The notes under the pieces were generated by a model, which saw only the letters and a list, made by a program, of their open reading frames with translations, made no database searches and was not told the DNA's origin. A stretch of 64,000 nucleotides of DNA from Bdellovibrionales bacterium (lineage in GTDB: Bacteria > Bdellovibrionota > Bdellovibrionia > Bdellovibrionales > UBA1609): positions 1,472,001 to 1,536,000 of the forward strand of contig OZ241877.1 in assembly GCA_965203095.1 (NCBI GenBank), in the 5' to 3' direction. This document shows, in pieces, positions 50,478 to 59,798 of this stretch; positions within the stretch are counted from its first letter, which is position 1, and every line of letters begins with the position of its first letter. Made by a program: the position numbers and the translations under genes.

Positions 50478-51965
50478 TTACTTCTCATAGGATTGAGCCA
50501 ATTCCACAAAGGTTCTCACCATCACCCCTCCAGCCATTTTGTTGGAGCAGTATTCTAAGCGGTTATGAACATTCCAAGCGGTTCCCGCAATATCAAAATG
50601 GGCCCAAGGGATATCCTTGTCCACAAAATGCTCTAAAAAAGCCGCCGCTGTAGAGCTGGACGCCCCTTTGTGGGAGGAAATGTTGGCCACATCCGCAAAA
50701 TGGCTTTTCATATCTTTGGCATGTTCTTTAGTTAAAGGAAGTTGCCAAAGCCTCTCTCCTGATTTTTGGCCCGCCTGATGGATCTTCTTCACTAACTTTT
50801 CATTTTTGGTAAAAAAACCTGTAAAAATATTCCCCAAACTGACAATAATGGCACCGGTTAAAGTGGCTGTATCAAAAATAGCCAGAGGCTTTTGCTCACT
50901 GGCATAACTTAAGGCATCAGCTAAAATGAGCCGGCCTTCAGCATCTGTATTTAAAACCTCCATACTTTTGCCATTTCTGGCTGTCAGTATGTCCCCGGGT
51001 TTGTTGGCATTCCCCCCCGGCATATTTTCAGAAGAGGGAACAAGGCCCATAACATTCACTTTTAAAGAGAGCTTTTCAATAGCCAGCAAAGCCCCTATTA
51101 CAGCGGAGGCCCCACACATATCAAATTTCATTTCATCCATAGAGAGTGAGGGTTTAAGGCTGATCCCTCCAGAGTCAAAAGTCAGGCCCTTACCCACAAA
51201 AATCACTGGAGGCTGGGCCTCTCCGGCCCCTTTATATTCCATAATGATAAATCGAGGTTCTTCTGGACTTCCTAAGGAGACACCTAAAAGCCCTCCCATT
51301 TTTTCCTTTTTGATTCTTTCCCTATTCCAAATACTGAGCTTGATTTTAGTATTTTGAACTTGCTTTTGAACTGAGCGAGCCAAAATGGAAGGGGTCATTA
51401 AGTTCCCCGGTGTATTGGCAAGCTCTTTGGCACAGTTGGTGGCTCTTCCTAAAATGGTTCCCCTTTTCAAACCCTTCTCCAACATAGGGAGGGCCTCTTT
51501 TTTAGGTAGGCAGAGAAAACACTCCTTCAGTTCCCGTTTTTCCTTTTTCGGCTTTTTCTTAAATTTATCACACTTATAGCTGGTAAGGATCAAGCCTTCA
51601 GTGAGGGCCTGCCCAGCTCGTTCCCAGTCCTTTGTTTGGGCTGTGATCAGGCTTTCAACTAAAATATCTGCTGTAATTTGGGAGTGGGCTTTTAAGCCTT
51701 TATAAGCCTTGGCCCCGGCCTGCCGGATACCCTCATAGTCAAAATCTTTCTCCTCTCCAAGGCCCACAAGCAAAAGATATTTTTTATTTGGTAAAGGGAG
51801 AAAAAAGCTGGTTCTGGATTCGGCCTTAAAAATGCCATCTTTTAAAAGAGGCTGAATGGAATCCTCATACAAACTCAAACTTTTTGGAACTGAGCCTTTG
51901 GATTTAAAAATAAAGGCCACCGCCATTGCCCCGGCTTTATCGCTTTTTTTGATGGAAATCTTCAT
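50478..51965 (-). CDS. pepA: leucyl aminopeptidase (M17)
   Basis: VGKGLTFDSGG, MKFDMCG, NTDAEGRL, ATLTGA, HFDIAG. Confidence 0.96.
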   Translation of the reverse strand: MKISIKKSDKAGAMAVAFIFKSKGSVPKSLSLYEDSIQPLLKDGIFKAESRTSFFLPLPNKKYLLLVGLGEEKDFDYEGIRQAGAKAYKGLKAHSQITADILVESLITAQTKDWERAGQALTEGLILTSYKCDKFKKKPKKEKRELKECFLCLPKKEALPMLEKGLKRGTILGRATNCAKELANTPGNLMTPSILARSVQKQVQNTKIKLSIWNRERIKKEKMGGLLGVSLGSPEEPRFIIMEYKGAGEAQPPVIFVGKGLTFDSGGISLKPSLSMDEMKFDMCGASAVIGALLAIEKLSLKVNVMGLVPSSENMPGGNANKPGDILTARNGKSMEVLNTDAEGRLILADALSYASEQKPLAIFDTATLTGAIIVSLGNIFTGFFTKNEKLVKKIHQAGQKSGERLWQLPLTKEHAKDMKSHFADVANISSHKGASSSTAAAFLEHFVDKDIPWAHFDIAGTAWNVHNRLEYCSNKMAGGVMVRTFVELAQSYEK

Positions 51966-52100
51966 ATTGGCTTCTTATAAACTGGTATTTTTAAAAAAGC
52001 AAATATTTTTTTCTGTTTATTTTCCCGCGAAAAACCTTAGCCTGCCTTTTCCCCTTCCTGCTTTTTCAGAGGTAAGTTTGTGGAAAACTATTCTTTTAAC

Positions 52101-52191
52101 TTCTTTTGCCTAAAGCTTGTCCCATGAGGGTCCAAGTATTGCCGTCCCGAAATGGGACAAGCTTTAGGCAAAGAAACTTAAATAGTCGTCC
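52101..52191. repeat. long hairpin carrying the family A core
   Basis: 21-bp perfect stem TTTGCCTAAAGCTTGTCCCAT / ATGGGACAAGCTTTAGGCAAA, loop GAGGGTCCAAGTATTGCCGTCCCGAA; TAGTCGTCC end remnant at 52183. Confidence 0.8.
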
Positions 52192-52226
52192 CTTTCACAG
52201 AGGTTAGCTGAGCGGGAACAGCTAAC

Positions 52227-52859
52227 TTAAAGCTTTTGGAAAAATAAAGGATCTTTTTCCCTTAACCAGCCCTTTAATGCTGGAAAAAATATTTTTTTAG
52301 AAAACTTTCCTTGAGATAGTTTTTTAAGTTCTGCTTGTATTTGCCTTTGTCCCTTAGCTTTGATGTGGATACGGTGCAAAGCTTGGTTTTTGTATTCCCA
52401 AAAAACTTGAAAAGGCCCGGTTTGGCAAAATATAATCCTTTTCTTTTCTGTCTGACAGCTCCCCGGTTTTAAGGCTTGCCCTCTCAAAATAGCTATCAGA
52501 TACTCCATTGAGAAAGAGGGAAAATCAGGAAAAAAAATTTGAGAGCTGAACTCTCCCACATAATATCGCCTTTTTAAAGGCTCTTGCAGGAGCATCCTCT
52601 TATCCCTCAAAATCAAGCGAAACACAGAGCCTATAAGAGCTTTATTGAGATCCATCCTCAACAGCTGATCTTCTCTGAGGAAAATTAAAGAAAAAAAAGA
52701 GTGAGTTCTCTCTCCCTTAGAGGATAGTAAAGTCCACTTGATATTGTATATTAAATCCTTTGAATGGAGGGGCACTGGTTTTGAAAGGGAAGCACAAGAT
52801 AAAAAAAAGAAAAAGCAAAAGGCAAAAGCCAGAAGGCGGGTGAGGGGATTTTCTTTCAT
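52227..52859 (-). CDS. lipoprotein, possibly LolA/LolB-like fold
   Basis: ATG at 52859 overlaps the gpsA stop; lipobox FLSC; LRMDL..ALIG pattern. Confidence 0.6.
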   Translation of the reverse strand: MKENPLTRLLAFAFCFFFFLSCASLSKPVPLHSKDLIYNIKWTLLSSKGERTHSFFSLIFLREDQLLRMDLNKALIGSVFRLILRDKRMLLQEPLKRRYYVGEFSSQIFFPDFPSFSMEYLIAILRGQALKPGSCQTEKKRIIFCQTGPFQVFWEYKNQALHRIHIKAKGQRQIQAELKKLSQGKFSKKIFFPALKGWLREKDPLFFQKL

Positions 52860-54109
52860 TATCTGTCTTGAGTGTTCCATAAAAACGGTTGATGGGCAAA
52901 AGACCAATGGGATTGGTGATTTGTCTCTACCCTGGTTTTTTGAAAAACAGAGAGCAGGGGATTCCTCTGCCTGTTAGGAAGGGAGTTCTCATCTTCTATA
53001 AGGGAGAGCAAAATTTGAGGCTTGGCCCCCTCGTATAAAATCCGATAAAGGTTCTCAATAAAAACGAAATTTTTGCCCTTTAGATAAAGATAAAGGGCTT
53101 TGAGTGTGGAAAGGCCCTCTACAGTTTTAGTATTTTCCCGAAGATAATCGTTTAGGTTTTGGCCTTTGCCAATAAATAAACCCATCCGGAAATTTCTGGA
53201 ATTTTCATCTAAGGAAAGAAGTATATCTCCAAGGTAAGAGAGATCTAAAAAAGTGGCCGGATCAGCCCCTAAATCAATTCCTATTTGAACCAGCTCTTTG
53301 CTCAGTGCCACTAACAGGGCTGATCGAGTGTTAGGCCCTACACTTAAGCCTTTCAAAATTCCGCCAGAGATAGCCAGTAAATTTTTAACCGCCCCAGTAA
53401 AAGCCAGCCCTCTCATATCTTTGCTGAGCGAGAGCTTAAAACTCTCTGTGGAAAGCAGTTTCTTTAATTTTTGAAGATTTTTATACCCTGCAAGATTGAC
53501 CACTGTCTTTTCCCCAAGAGCCATTTCCCTGGCAAAGGAGGGGCCACTGATAAGGTAAATATTGCTTTTTTTTAACTGAGGCCAATTTTTAAGCAAAAAA
53601 TCTTCAACAAATAAAAGCCTCCCTTCTTCAAAATAAAGACCTTTAGAAAGAGAGAGCAGGGCTAAGCCTCTGTTTTTTTTTATTAACTCGGATAAAAACA
53701 AAGAATTTTCCCGAACGAAATGCACTATATCCCCTACGGGTAAAGCCAAAACCATTATATCTAAAGGCTGAACCAAAAGAGGCTCAAGTGAGAGGGTTGG
53801 CTGAATATTAGAAGACAGCTCAACATCTGGGAGAGAAGAGCTTTTCCCTTGGCGGATCTGATGGGCTACAGACTCATTTCTCACAAAAACATGGATATGT
53901 CGAAAATTGTTAGAGAGCACTTGGGCAAAAGAGAGGCCAAAAGCCCCAGCCCCTACAATCAAAACCTTTTTGGGCCTGTTATTATTTTTGGGCAAAAATA
54001 GAGCCTTGCAGAGGTCAGCGGGGGAATAAAGCGGTGCTATAAGCAACAAGACACAAAAGGCAAAACCCTTTGGCCAAAATCTAAACAAAAAAGAGGATAA
54101 TTTTAGCAT
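52859..54109 (-). CDS. gpsA: NAD(P)H-dependent glycerol-3-phosphate dehydrogenase with signal-peptide-like extension
   Basis: GAGAFG, SLSKGL, SGPSFAREM, GAVKNLLAI, LGD, SRNFRMG, TVEG. Confidence 0.88.
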   Translation of the reverse strand: MLKLSSFLFRFWPKGFAFCVLLLIAPLYSPADLCKALFLPKNNNRPKKVLIVGAGAFGLSFAQVLSNNFRHIHVFVRNESVAHQIRQGKSSSLPDVELSSNIQPTLSLEPLLVQPLDIMVLALPVGDIVHFVRENSLFLSELIKKNRGLALLSLSKGLYFEEGRLLFVEDFLLKNWPQLKKSNIYLISGPSFAREMALGEKTVVNLAGYKNLQKLKKLLSTESFKLSLSKDMRGLAFTGAVKNLLAISGGILKGLSVGPNTRSALLVALSKELVQIGIDLGADPATFLDLSYLGDILLSLDENSRNFRMGLFIGKGQNLNDYLRENTKTVEGLSTLKALYLYLKGKNFVFIENLYRILYEGAKPQILLSLIEDENSLPNRQRNPLLSVFQKTRVETNHQSHWSFAHQPFLWNTQDR

Positions 54110-54223
54110 AAGCTTTTCTCTAACTTAAGATCAAAATTTTGTCCAATCAAAATATTATTTTTTTAAAAAAACTTATGATGGAAAAATTATTTTTCTTTTT
54201 TTCTCTTTTTTGCTAAAAAACCC

Positions 54224-54285
54224 AAGCTTATTCGTGTAAAAAAACCTTGGCCCCTTCCAACAGAGAGGTTTTGCTTATGCCATAA
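54224..54285 (-). repeat. partial family A copy
   Basis: Minus strand GCATAAGCAAAACCTCTCTGTTGGAAGGGGCCAAGGTTTTTTTACACGAATAAGCTT. Confidence 0.6.
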
Positions 54286-54351
54286 AAGTTATTCTTTATA
54301 TATTGACATGGCTAAGGCAAAATTTTATCTTTCAGCAGGAAGTTTTGTATT

Positions 54352-54509
54352 TAGTCGTCTGTGAAAAAGCTGGACAAAAAACCTCGTCCTCTTTTTCCTG
54401 CTTTTGTCCAAAGGCCATTCGGTGATGGTCCAAGGTATTGCCGTCCCGAAATGGAATGGTCCTTTGGACAAAAAAAGTTAAAAAACAAGAGGTTTTTCAC
54501 GGACGACTA
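54352..54509. mobile_element. MITE-like palindromic element (family A), 158 bp
   Basis: 17-bp terminal inverted repeats TAGTCGTCTGTGAAAAA / TTTTTCACGGACGACTA (1 mismatch); inner stem TGTCCAAAGGCCATTC / GAATGGTCCTTTGGACA; core GGTCCAAGGTATTGCCGTCCCGAAATGG. Confidence 0.78.
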
Positions 54510-54534
54510 TTTTAAAACAGAATAGAAGGAAAAC

Positions 54535-56619
54535 ATGAATCAAGATTTAAAAAAACAACTTCTTCCACCTAAGGCTAAAAAGAAAAACCATTTTCATACC
54601 AAGTTTAATGATTCTATCCCCGACCCCTACCATTGGTTATCTCGCCGGGACTCATTAGAGGTTTTAAGCTATCTTAAGGAGGAAAATCAATATGCTGAAA
54701 AAAAATTAGAGCCTTTACAAGCCCTTAGAAAAGAGCTTTTTTTAGAGATGAAAAGTCGCTTTCCTGAGAGAGAAAATCAAGAGCCAGTTCCTAAAGGGGA
54801 TTACTTGTATTATAGGGCATGGGAACAACAAAAGCCTTACCCTGTGCATAAAAGGCGAAAAAAGCTTAAAGGCTCAGAGGAGGAAGTTCTTTTAGACGAA
54901 AACTCTATAAAAACAGATAGTGGCTATAAAAGTGTGGCCGGGGTTTTAACAGCTCCTAATCATAATTTTTTGGCTTATGCCTTAGATAATTGCGGTAGAG
55001 AATTTTATAACATTTACTTTAAAGATCTAAAAACAGGTCGGCAAAAAAGCCATTTCATTTCATCAGCCACTTCTGATTTTGTTTGGGCTAATGACAACCG
55101 GACAGTGTTTTATGTTCAGCAAGATCCTAAAACTTTAAGGGCCTTTCAAGTTTATCGTTTTGATATTGAGACAGGCAAAAAGGATCTGATGTTTGAGGAG
55201 AGCGATTTAAAATTCTCTGTTTTTTTAAGTAAAAGCCTTTGCGAGAGTTGGATTTTTATTGTTTCGAGTAGCCCTCTCACTACAGAATATCACTGCCTGC
55301 CCGCTCATCAGCCGGCCAGGGATTTTGCTTTGTTTTGTGCGAGAGAGCTGGGGCATGAGTATTACTTGGGCTATGGTGATGGTTTGTTTTATATTTTGAG
55401 CAATAAAGATCAAGCATTTAATTTTAAACTTTTGCAGGCAAAGGCTTTACAGCCTTCTCATCATCAAGAGCTTTGCCCTCAATCAATGTGGCAGGAAGTC
55501 ATCCCCCATCGTCCAGAAGTTTGTATTGAGGATTTAGAAGTTTTTAAAAAATTTATTGCTTTGCAGATTCGCCGTCAAGGTCGCCCAGGAATAGAAGTTT
55601 TTGATCGGGAAAGCCAAAAGCTTTCCGTTGTGGATTTTCCTGAAAAAATTTGTTCTGTCTATTTTAGTGATAATAAAGAATACAAGAGTCGTTTTATTCG
55701 TATAAAATTTCAATCCCCCACACAGCCGGAAACTGTTTATGATTATGAGCTATATAAAAATAAACTTCATTTTAAAAATCAGGAAAAGATCAAAGGCGGA
55801 TTTAAGCCTCAAAATTATGTTTCCCAAGAGGAACTGGCCCTGGCGGAAGACGGCCGGGAGATCCCCATTTCCGTTGTTTACAAAAAGGGATTAAAATTGA
55901 GCCATGCCAGCCCTCTTTTGCTTTACGCTTATGGTTCTTATGGGAGGAGTATGGATATGGGTTTTAGCTCTATAAAGCTTTCTCTTTTAGATAGAGGTTT
56001 TGTTTATGCTGTGGCTCATGTTCGTGGAGGGGGTGAAAAGGGGAGGCAGTGGCATGATGAGGGACGGCTTTTAAATAAGAAAAACACTTTTTCAGATTTT
56101 ATTGCTTGTGCAGAAGGGCTCATTAAAAAATCCTATAGCTCCCCCTCTCACCTTTATATTATGGGGGGAAGTGCTGGAGGTCTGCTTATAGGCAATGTTT
56201 TAAATGAACGGCCGGAGCTATTTCGTTCGGCTATAGCCTCTGTCCCCTTTGTGGATTGCTTGACCACTATGTTGGATGAAAATATCCCTCTCTCAACTCA
56301 AGAGTATGAGGAGTGGGGGAATCCCAATGAAAAGCCTTATTATGATTACATCAAATCCTACTCCCCTTATTATAATGTGAAAAGGGCGAACTACCCACAC
56401 ATTTTAATAGAGACAGGCTACCATGACCCCAGAGTGCAATATTGGGAACCGGCAAAATGGACAGCTCGACTGAGAGATTGCAAAAAAGATGATAATTTGC
56501 TGATTTTGCTAACCAATATGAAAAGTGGCCATTTTGGTTCCACAGGGAGGTTGGAGTTTTTAAAGCTCTTTTCCCTTTACTATGCTTTTTTTATAGGTAT
56601 GGAACATTCTTTGTTATAA
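54535..56619 (+). CDS. ptrB: oligopeptidase B (S9A)
   Basis: DPYHWL, YGSYG, HVRGGGE, GGSAGG, EYEEWGNP, DPRVQYWEPAKW, GH. Confidence 0.95.
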   Translation: MNQDLKKQLLPPKAKKKNHFHTKFNDSIPDPYHWLSRRDSLEVLSYLKEENQYAEKKLEPLQALRKELFLEMKSRFPERENQEPVPKGDYLYYRAWEQQKPYPVHKRRKKLKGSEEEVLLDENSIKTDSGYKSVAGVLTAPNHNFLAYALDNCGREFYNIYFKDLKTGRQKSHFISSATSDFVWANDNRTVFYVQQDPKTLRAFQVYRFDIETGKKDLMFEESDLKFSVFLSKSLCESWIFIVSSSPLTTEYHCLPAHQPARDFALFCARELGHEYYLGYGDGLFYILSNKDQAFNFKLLQAKALQPSHHQELCPQSMWQEVIPHRPEVCIEDLEVFKKFIALQIRRQGRPGIEVFDRESQKLSVVDFPEKICSVYFSDNKEYKSRFIRIKFQSPTQPETVYDYELYKNKLHFKNQEKIKGGFKPQNYVSQEELALAEDGREIPISVVYKKGLKLSHASPLLLYAYGSYGRSMDMGFSSIKLSLLDRGFVYAVAHVRGGGEKGRQWHDEGRLLNKKNTFSDFIACAEGLIKKSYSSPSHLYIMGGSAGGLLIGNVLNERPELFRSAIASVPFVDCLTTMLDENIPLSTQEYEEWGNPNEKPYYDYIKSYSPYYNVKRANYPHILIETGYHDPRVQYWEPAKWTARLRDCKKDDNLLILLTNMKSGHFGSTGRLEFLKLFSLYYAFFIGMEHSLL

Positions 56620-56651
56620 AGGTTCCAGGTATTTTCCCCAAACAGAGGGTA

Positions 56652-59597
56652 TTACTCCTCTAAAAAAATCTCTGGAGCAAAACCCTTTCTCATACTGTTT
56701 TCTGTGACAATTTTTTTATGCAAAAACTGTTGGAGATAATCTGGACCTCCGGCCTTACTTCCTAAGCCCGATCTTTTTCTTCCGCCAAAGGGATGTCTCT
56801 CCACCACTGCTCCTGTGCAAGATCTGTTAATGTAGACATTCCCGGCCTCTGATAAAAGTTTAAACTCTTCTATATGCCCCGGATGGCGAGAGTAAAGGGC
56901 CATTGTCAAACCAAAACAGCTCTCATTGGCCTGCCGGATGGCTGAATTCCAATCCTTTGCTGTAGACAAAGCGAGCACAGGGGCAAAAAGCTCTTTTTGC
57001 ATAAGGGCAGATGAGCCTTTTGTGTTAGATAAATACACCGTGGGAGGGCAAAACCAAGGGCCATTTTTAGAAAAACCTTCCACAAGCTTTTGGCTTTTTT
57101 CCCTTTGTTTAAAATTTTGAATCTTTTCAAAAGATTCTTTATCAATCAGAGGGCCTAAGCTAAAACGGGGATCTTCCGGCGGACCTACTTCCAAACTCTT
57201 TACTGCTGGCACAAACCTTTTCATAAAGCTTTCATAAATACTCTCTAACACAATCAGACGGCTACAGGCAGAGCATTTTTGCCCCTGAAATCCAAAGGCA
57301 GAAATCAAAACCCCACTGATGGCCGAATCCAAATCGGCTGAGCTATCAATTACAATGGCGTTTTTCCCCCCCATTTCTACAATACATTTTTTAAATTCTA
57401 TTTGCTCATCCCTTATGTGCCCTCCAGCTTTTATAATTTGTGCCCCCACTTCAAAAGAACCAGTGAAAGACACAATGGGCACTTTAGAATGTTGAGCTAA
57501 ATATTGTCCCACTTCCTCCCCCCTTCCCGGAAGAAAAGCAAAACTCTGCTTAGGGAAGCCACTTTTTATTAAAAGTTGGCTCAGCTCAAAAGCGGTTAGA
57601 GCACTTTGTTCTGCCGGCTTGATTAAAACCGTGTTCCCGCAAAGCAAAGGGGCTACAGTCATACCGGTTAAAATGGCCAAAGGGAAATTCCAAGGGGCAA
57701 TCACCACTGTGGGGCCAATAGGCTCAAAACGAGACCAGCTATCCTCTCCGGAGACTTCTGCTGTTTTTTTGCTATTCATCATTTGCTCATAACGAAAGGC
57801 ATAATAATTGCAAAAATCAATAGCTTCAGCCACATCCGCCTGAGCCTCTCCCCAAGTTTTACCTACCTCAAAAACCTGAAGGCCAGCCAGCTCAAACTCC
57901 TTTTCCTGCAAAAGCTGAGCCAACCTTCTCAAACAGGACACACGCTTTTGAGCCGGGCTGAGCCTCCACTCTGAAAAAAAAGAACTGGCTATTTGAACCG
58001 CTTTTTCCGCCTGTTCTGTTGAAACTAAAAAGCTCCGGCTAATGATCTGTTGAGGATGACTGGGGTTTTCCCTATTAAAAACTTGAGAGGAGGATAATTG
58101 CTCTCCCTCTATTATTGAGGGAACTTCTATTGGGAACTTCCTTTTCCAACCCTCAAGGGCTTTTTTAAAACGACTGATATTTTCCTTTTGGCTAAAATCT
58201 AAAAGAGGGTGATTTTTAAATTTAACATTTTTAAAAGAATCCGTTTTTAAGTGATCTCTCTTATCTTCCTGAGCTTGAGGTGGGGATAAAAGCTCTTTTG
58301 CGGATTTATTATGAACAAAAAAATTTAAAACAAAAGATTGGCTGTTGCTGTTTTCTAAAAGCCGCCTCACAAGGTAGGACATCCCCGGAATAAGCTCTCC
58401 CATGCCACAGTAAAGGCGGACCCGTTGCCCCTCATCCCTTAAGCTTTGAGCTAAGCCCTCCCCCATGCCATAAAGGGTTTGAAACTCCAAAGGCATTTCC
58501 GGACAGAGTTTATGCCATGCCAGAGCACAGGCAACCGATCGAATATTATGAGAACCTATAGCCAACTTTATTTTTGAGGGATTTTCAAAAAGCCATTGGA
58601 GGCATTTTTCAAAATTGGCCTCTGTCTCTTCTTTTTTGAGATAAACCGGAATGGGCCAGTTTTTTTGCCGGGCCAACAAAACCTCTGTGTCCCAATAAGC
58701 CCCTTTAACCAAACGCACAGTCAAGGGGGTGTTCCTGCTTTCTGCAAAGCGGGAAAGCTTTTGTAAATCCTCAAAACTTTCCTTTAAGTAAGCCTGAATC
58801 ACAATGCCAAAATGAGGATAATGCTTTAAGTCCTCCTCCATAGTCAGTTCTTTAAAAATTTCCAAAAAAAGATCTTTGTAATGGTATTGCTCCATATCCA
58901 TATAAATAAAAACAAAATTTTTAACTGCTTTTTGAAAAAGAGGGCGAAGTCGGCTTTTGATTCGCTCTTTAGAATATTCCCATGCCTCTGTTTTGATTTG
59001 AGAAAAAAGAGAGCTGGCCTTAACAGAAATATTTATTGAGGGAATTGGCCCCTGAGAGTCTTTTTGAAGAAGATCTCTTTTTGGCCAATTTTTTTGAGCG
59101 GAAATAAGGCTATCCATTAACTGAAGATACTGTTGGAGATAGCCTTCTGCCTCCTCTTCTGACAAAGCCACCTCTCCTAAAATATCTATAGAAAAAGCCA
59201 AATCCTGCTCCCAATTTTTAGAGATAATTTTTAAAGCCTCTTCTATGTTGGAGCCGATGATAAACATTTTAGCTACTTGGCGGATCTGTTTTTTTATATT
59301 TTTGACCATTAAAGAAGGGGCCAGCCGGCCCAAACCAGAAGAGATAAAGCCTATTTCCTGATCTTTAAAATATTCCTTAAAGTGAGACAAAAATTGCTGG
59401 TTGCCTGACAGGCTGGGTAAAACATCAATAAAACGCAAAAGTTGGGTTTTGAGTTTTTTGTCCCTCATGGCCCAGGACAACATTTTTTTATACCACCAGT
59501 TTTTCTTTAAAAAAGCAGAATTATGGCTTTGGCTTTTTGTTAAAAGCTCAGAGCCTTTTTGAAAAATGAGATTTTCTAATTTTTGATTATCTTTCAT
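56652..59597 (-). CDS. putA: bifunctional proline dehydrogenase / P5C dehydrogenase
   Basis: DILGE, DME, RLVKGAYWD, YLVRRLLEN; PWNFP, EMGGKN, GQKCSA, PFGG. Confidence 0.96.
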   Translation of the reverse strand: MKDNQKLENLIFQKGSELLTKSQSHNSAFLKKNWWYKKMLSWAMRDKKLKTQLLRFIDVLPSLSGNQQFLSHFKEYFKDQEIGFISSGLGRLAPSLMVKNIKKQIRQVAKMFIIGSNIEEALKIISKNWEQDLAFSIDILGEVALSEEEAEGYLQQYLQLMDSLISAQKNWPKRDLLQKDSQGPIPSINISVKASSLFSQIKTEAWEYSKERIKSRLRPLFQKAVKNFVFIYMDMEQYHYKDLFLEIFKELTMEEDLKHYPHFGIVIQAYLKESFEDLQKLSRFAESRNTPLTVRLVKGAYWDTEVLLARQKNWPIPVYLKKEETEANFEKCLQWLFENPSKIKLAIGSHNIRSVACALAWHKLCPEMPLEFQTLYGMGEGLAQSLRDEGQRVRLYCGMGELIPGMSYLVRRLLENSNSQSFVLNFFVHNKSAKELLSPPQAQEDKRDHLKTDSFKNVKFKNHPLLDFSQKENISRFKKALEGWKRKFPIEVPSIIEGEQLSSSQVFNRENPSHPQQIISRSFLVSTEQAEKAVQIASSFFSEWRLSPAQKRVSCLRRLAQLLQEKEFELAGLQVFEVGKTWGEAQADVAEAIDFCNYYAFRYEQMMNSKKTAEVSGEDSWSRFEPIGPTVVIAPWNFPLAILTGMTVAPLLCGNTVLIKPAEQSALTAFELSQLLIKSGFPKQSFAFLPGRGEEVGQYLAQHSKVPIVSFTGSFEVGAQIIKAGGHIRDEQIEFKKCIVEMGGKNAIVIDSSADLDSAISGVLISAFGFQGQKCSACSRLIVLESIYESFMKRFVPAVKSLEVGPPEDPRFSLGPLIDKESFEKIQNFKQREKSQKLVEGFSKNGPWFCPPTVYLSNTKGSSALMQKELFAPVLALSTAKDWNSAIRQANESCFGLTMALYSRHPGHIEEFKLLSEAGNVYINRSCTGAVVERHPFGGRKRSGLGSKAGGPDYLQQFLHKKIVTENSMRKGFAPEIFLEE

Positions 59598-59798
59598 GTT
59601 TTGTGCTCAAAATTAAAAAGCCTTTGGTTTATAGTATTGTAAAGGGTCTTTTCTTTAATATTTTTAGTTCATAACCCATTTTTTATTTTTTTAGTATGAC
59701 TGGTCTCACTTAAGGATTCAATCTTGAATCTGTTTTTTTTGCTTGAATAAATAGCTTAAAGTTTGTAATTTTATGAATAGACAAGGATTTTAAAAAAC

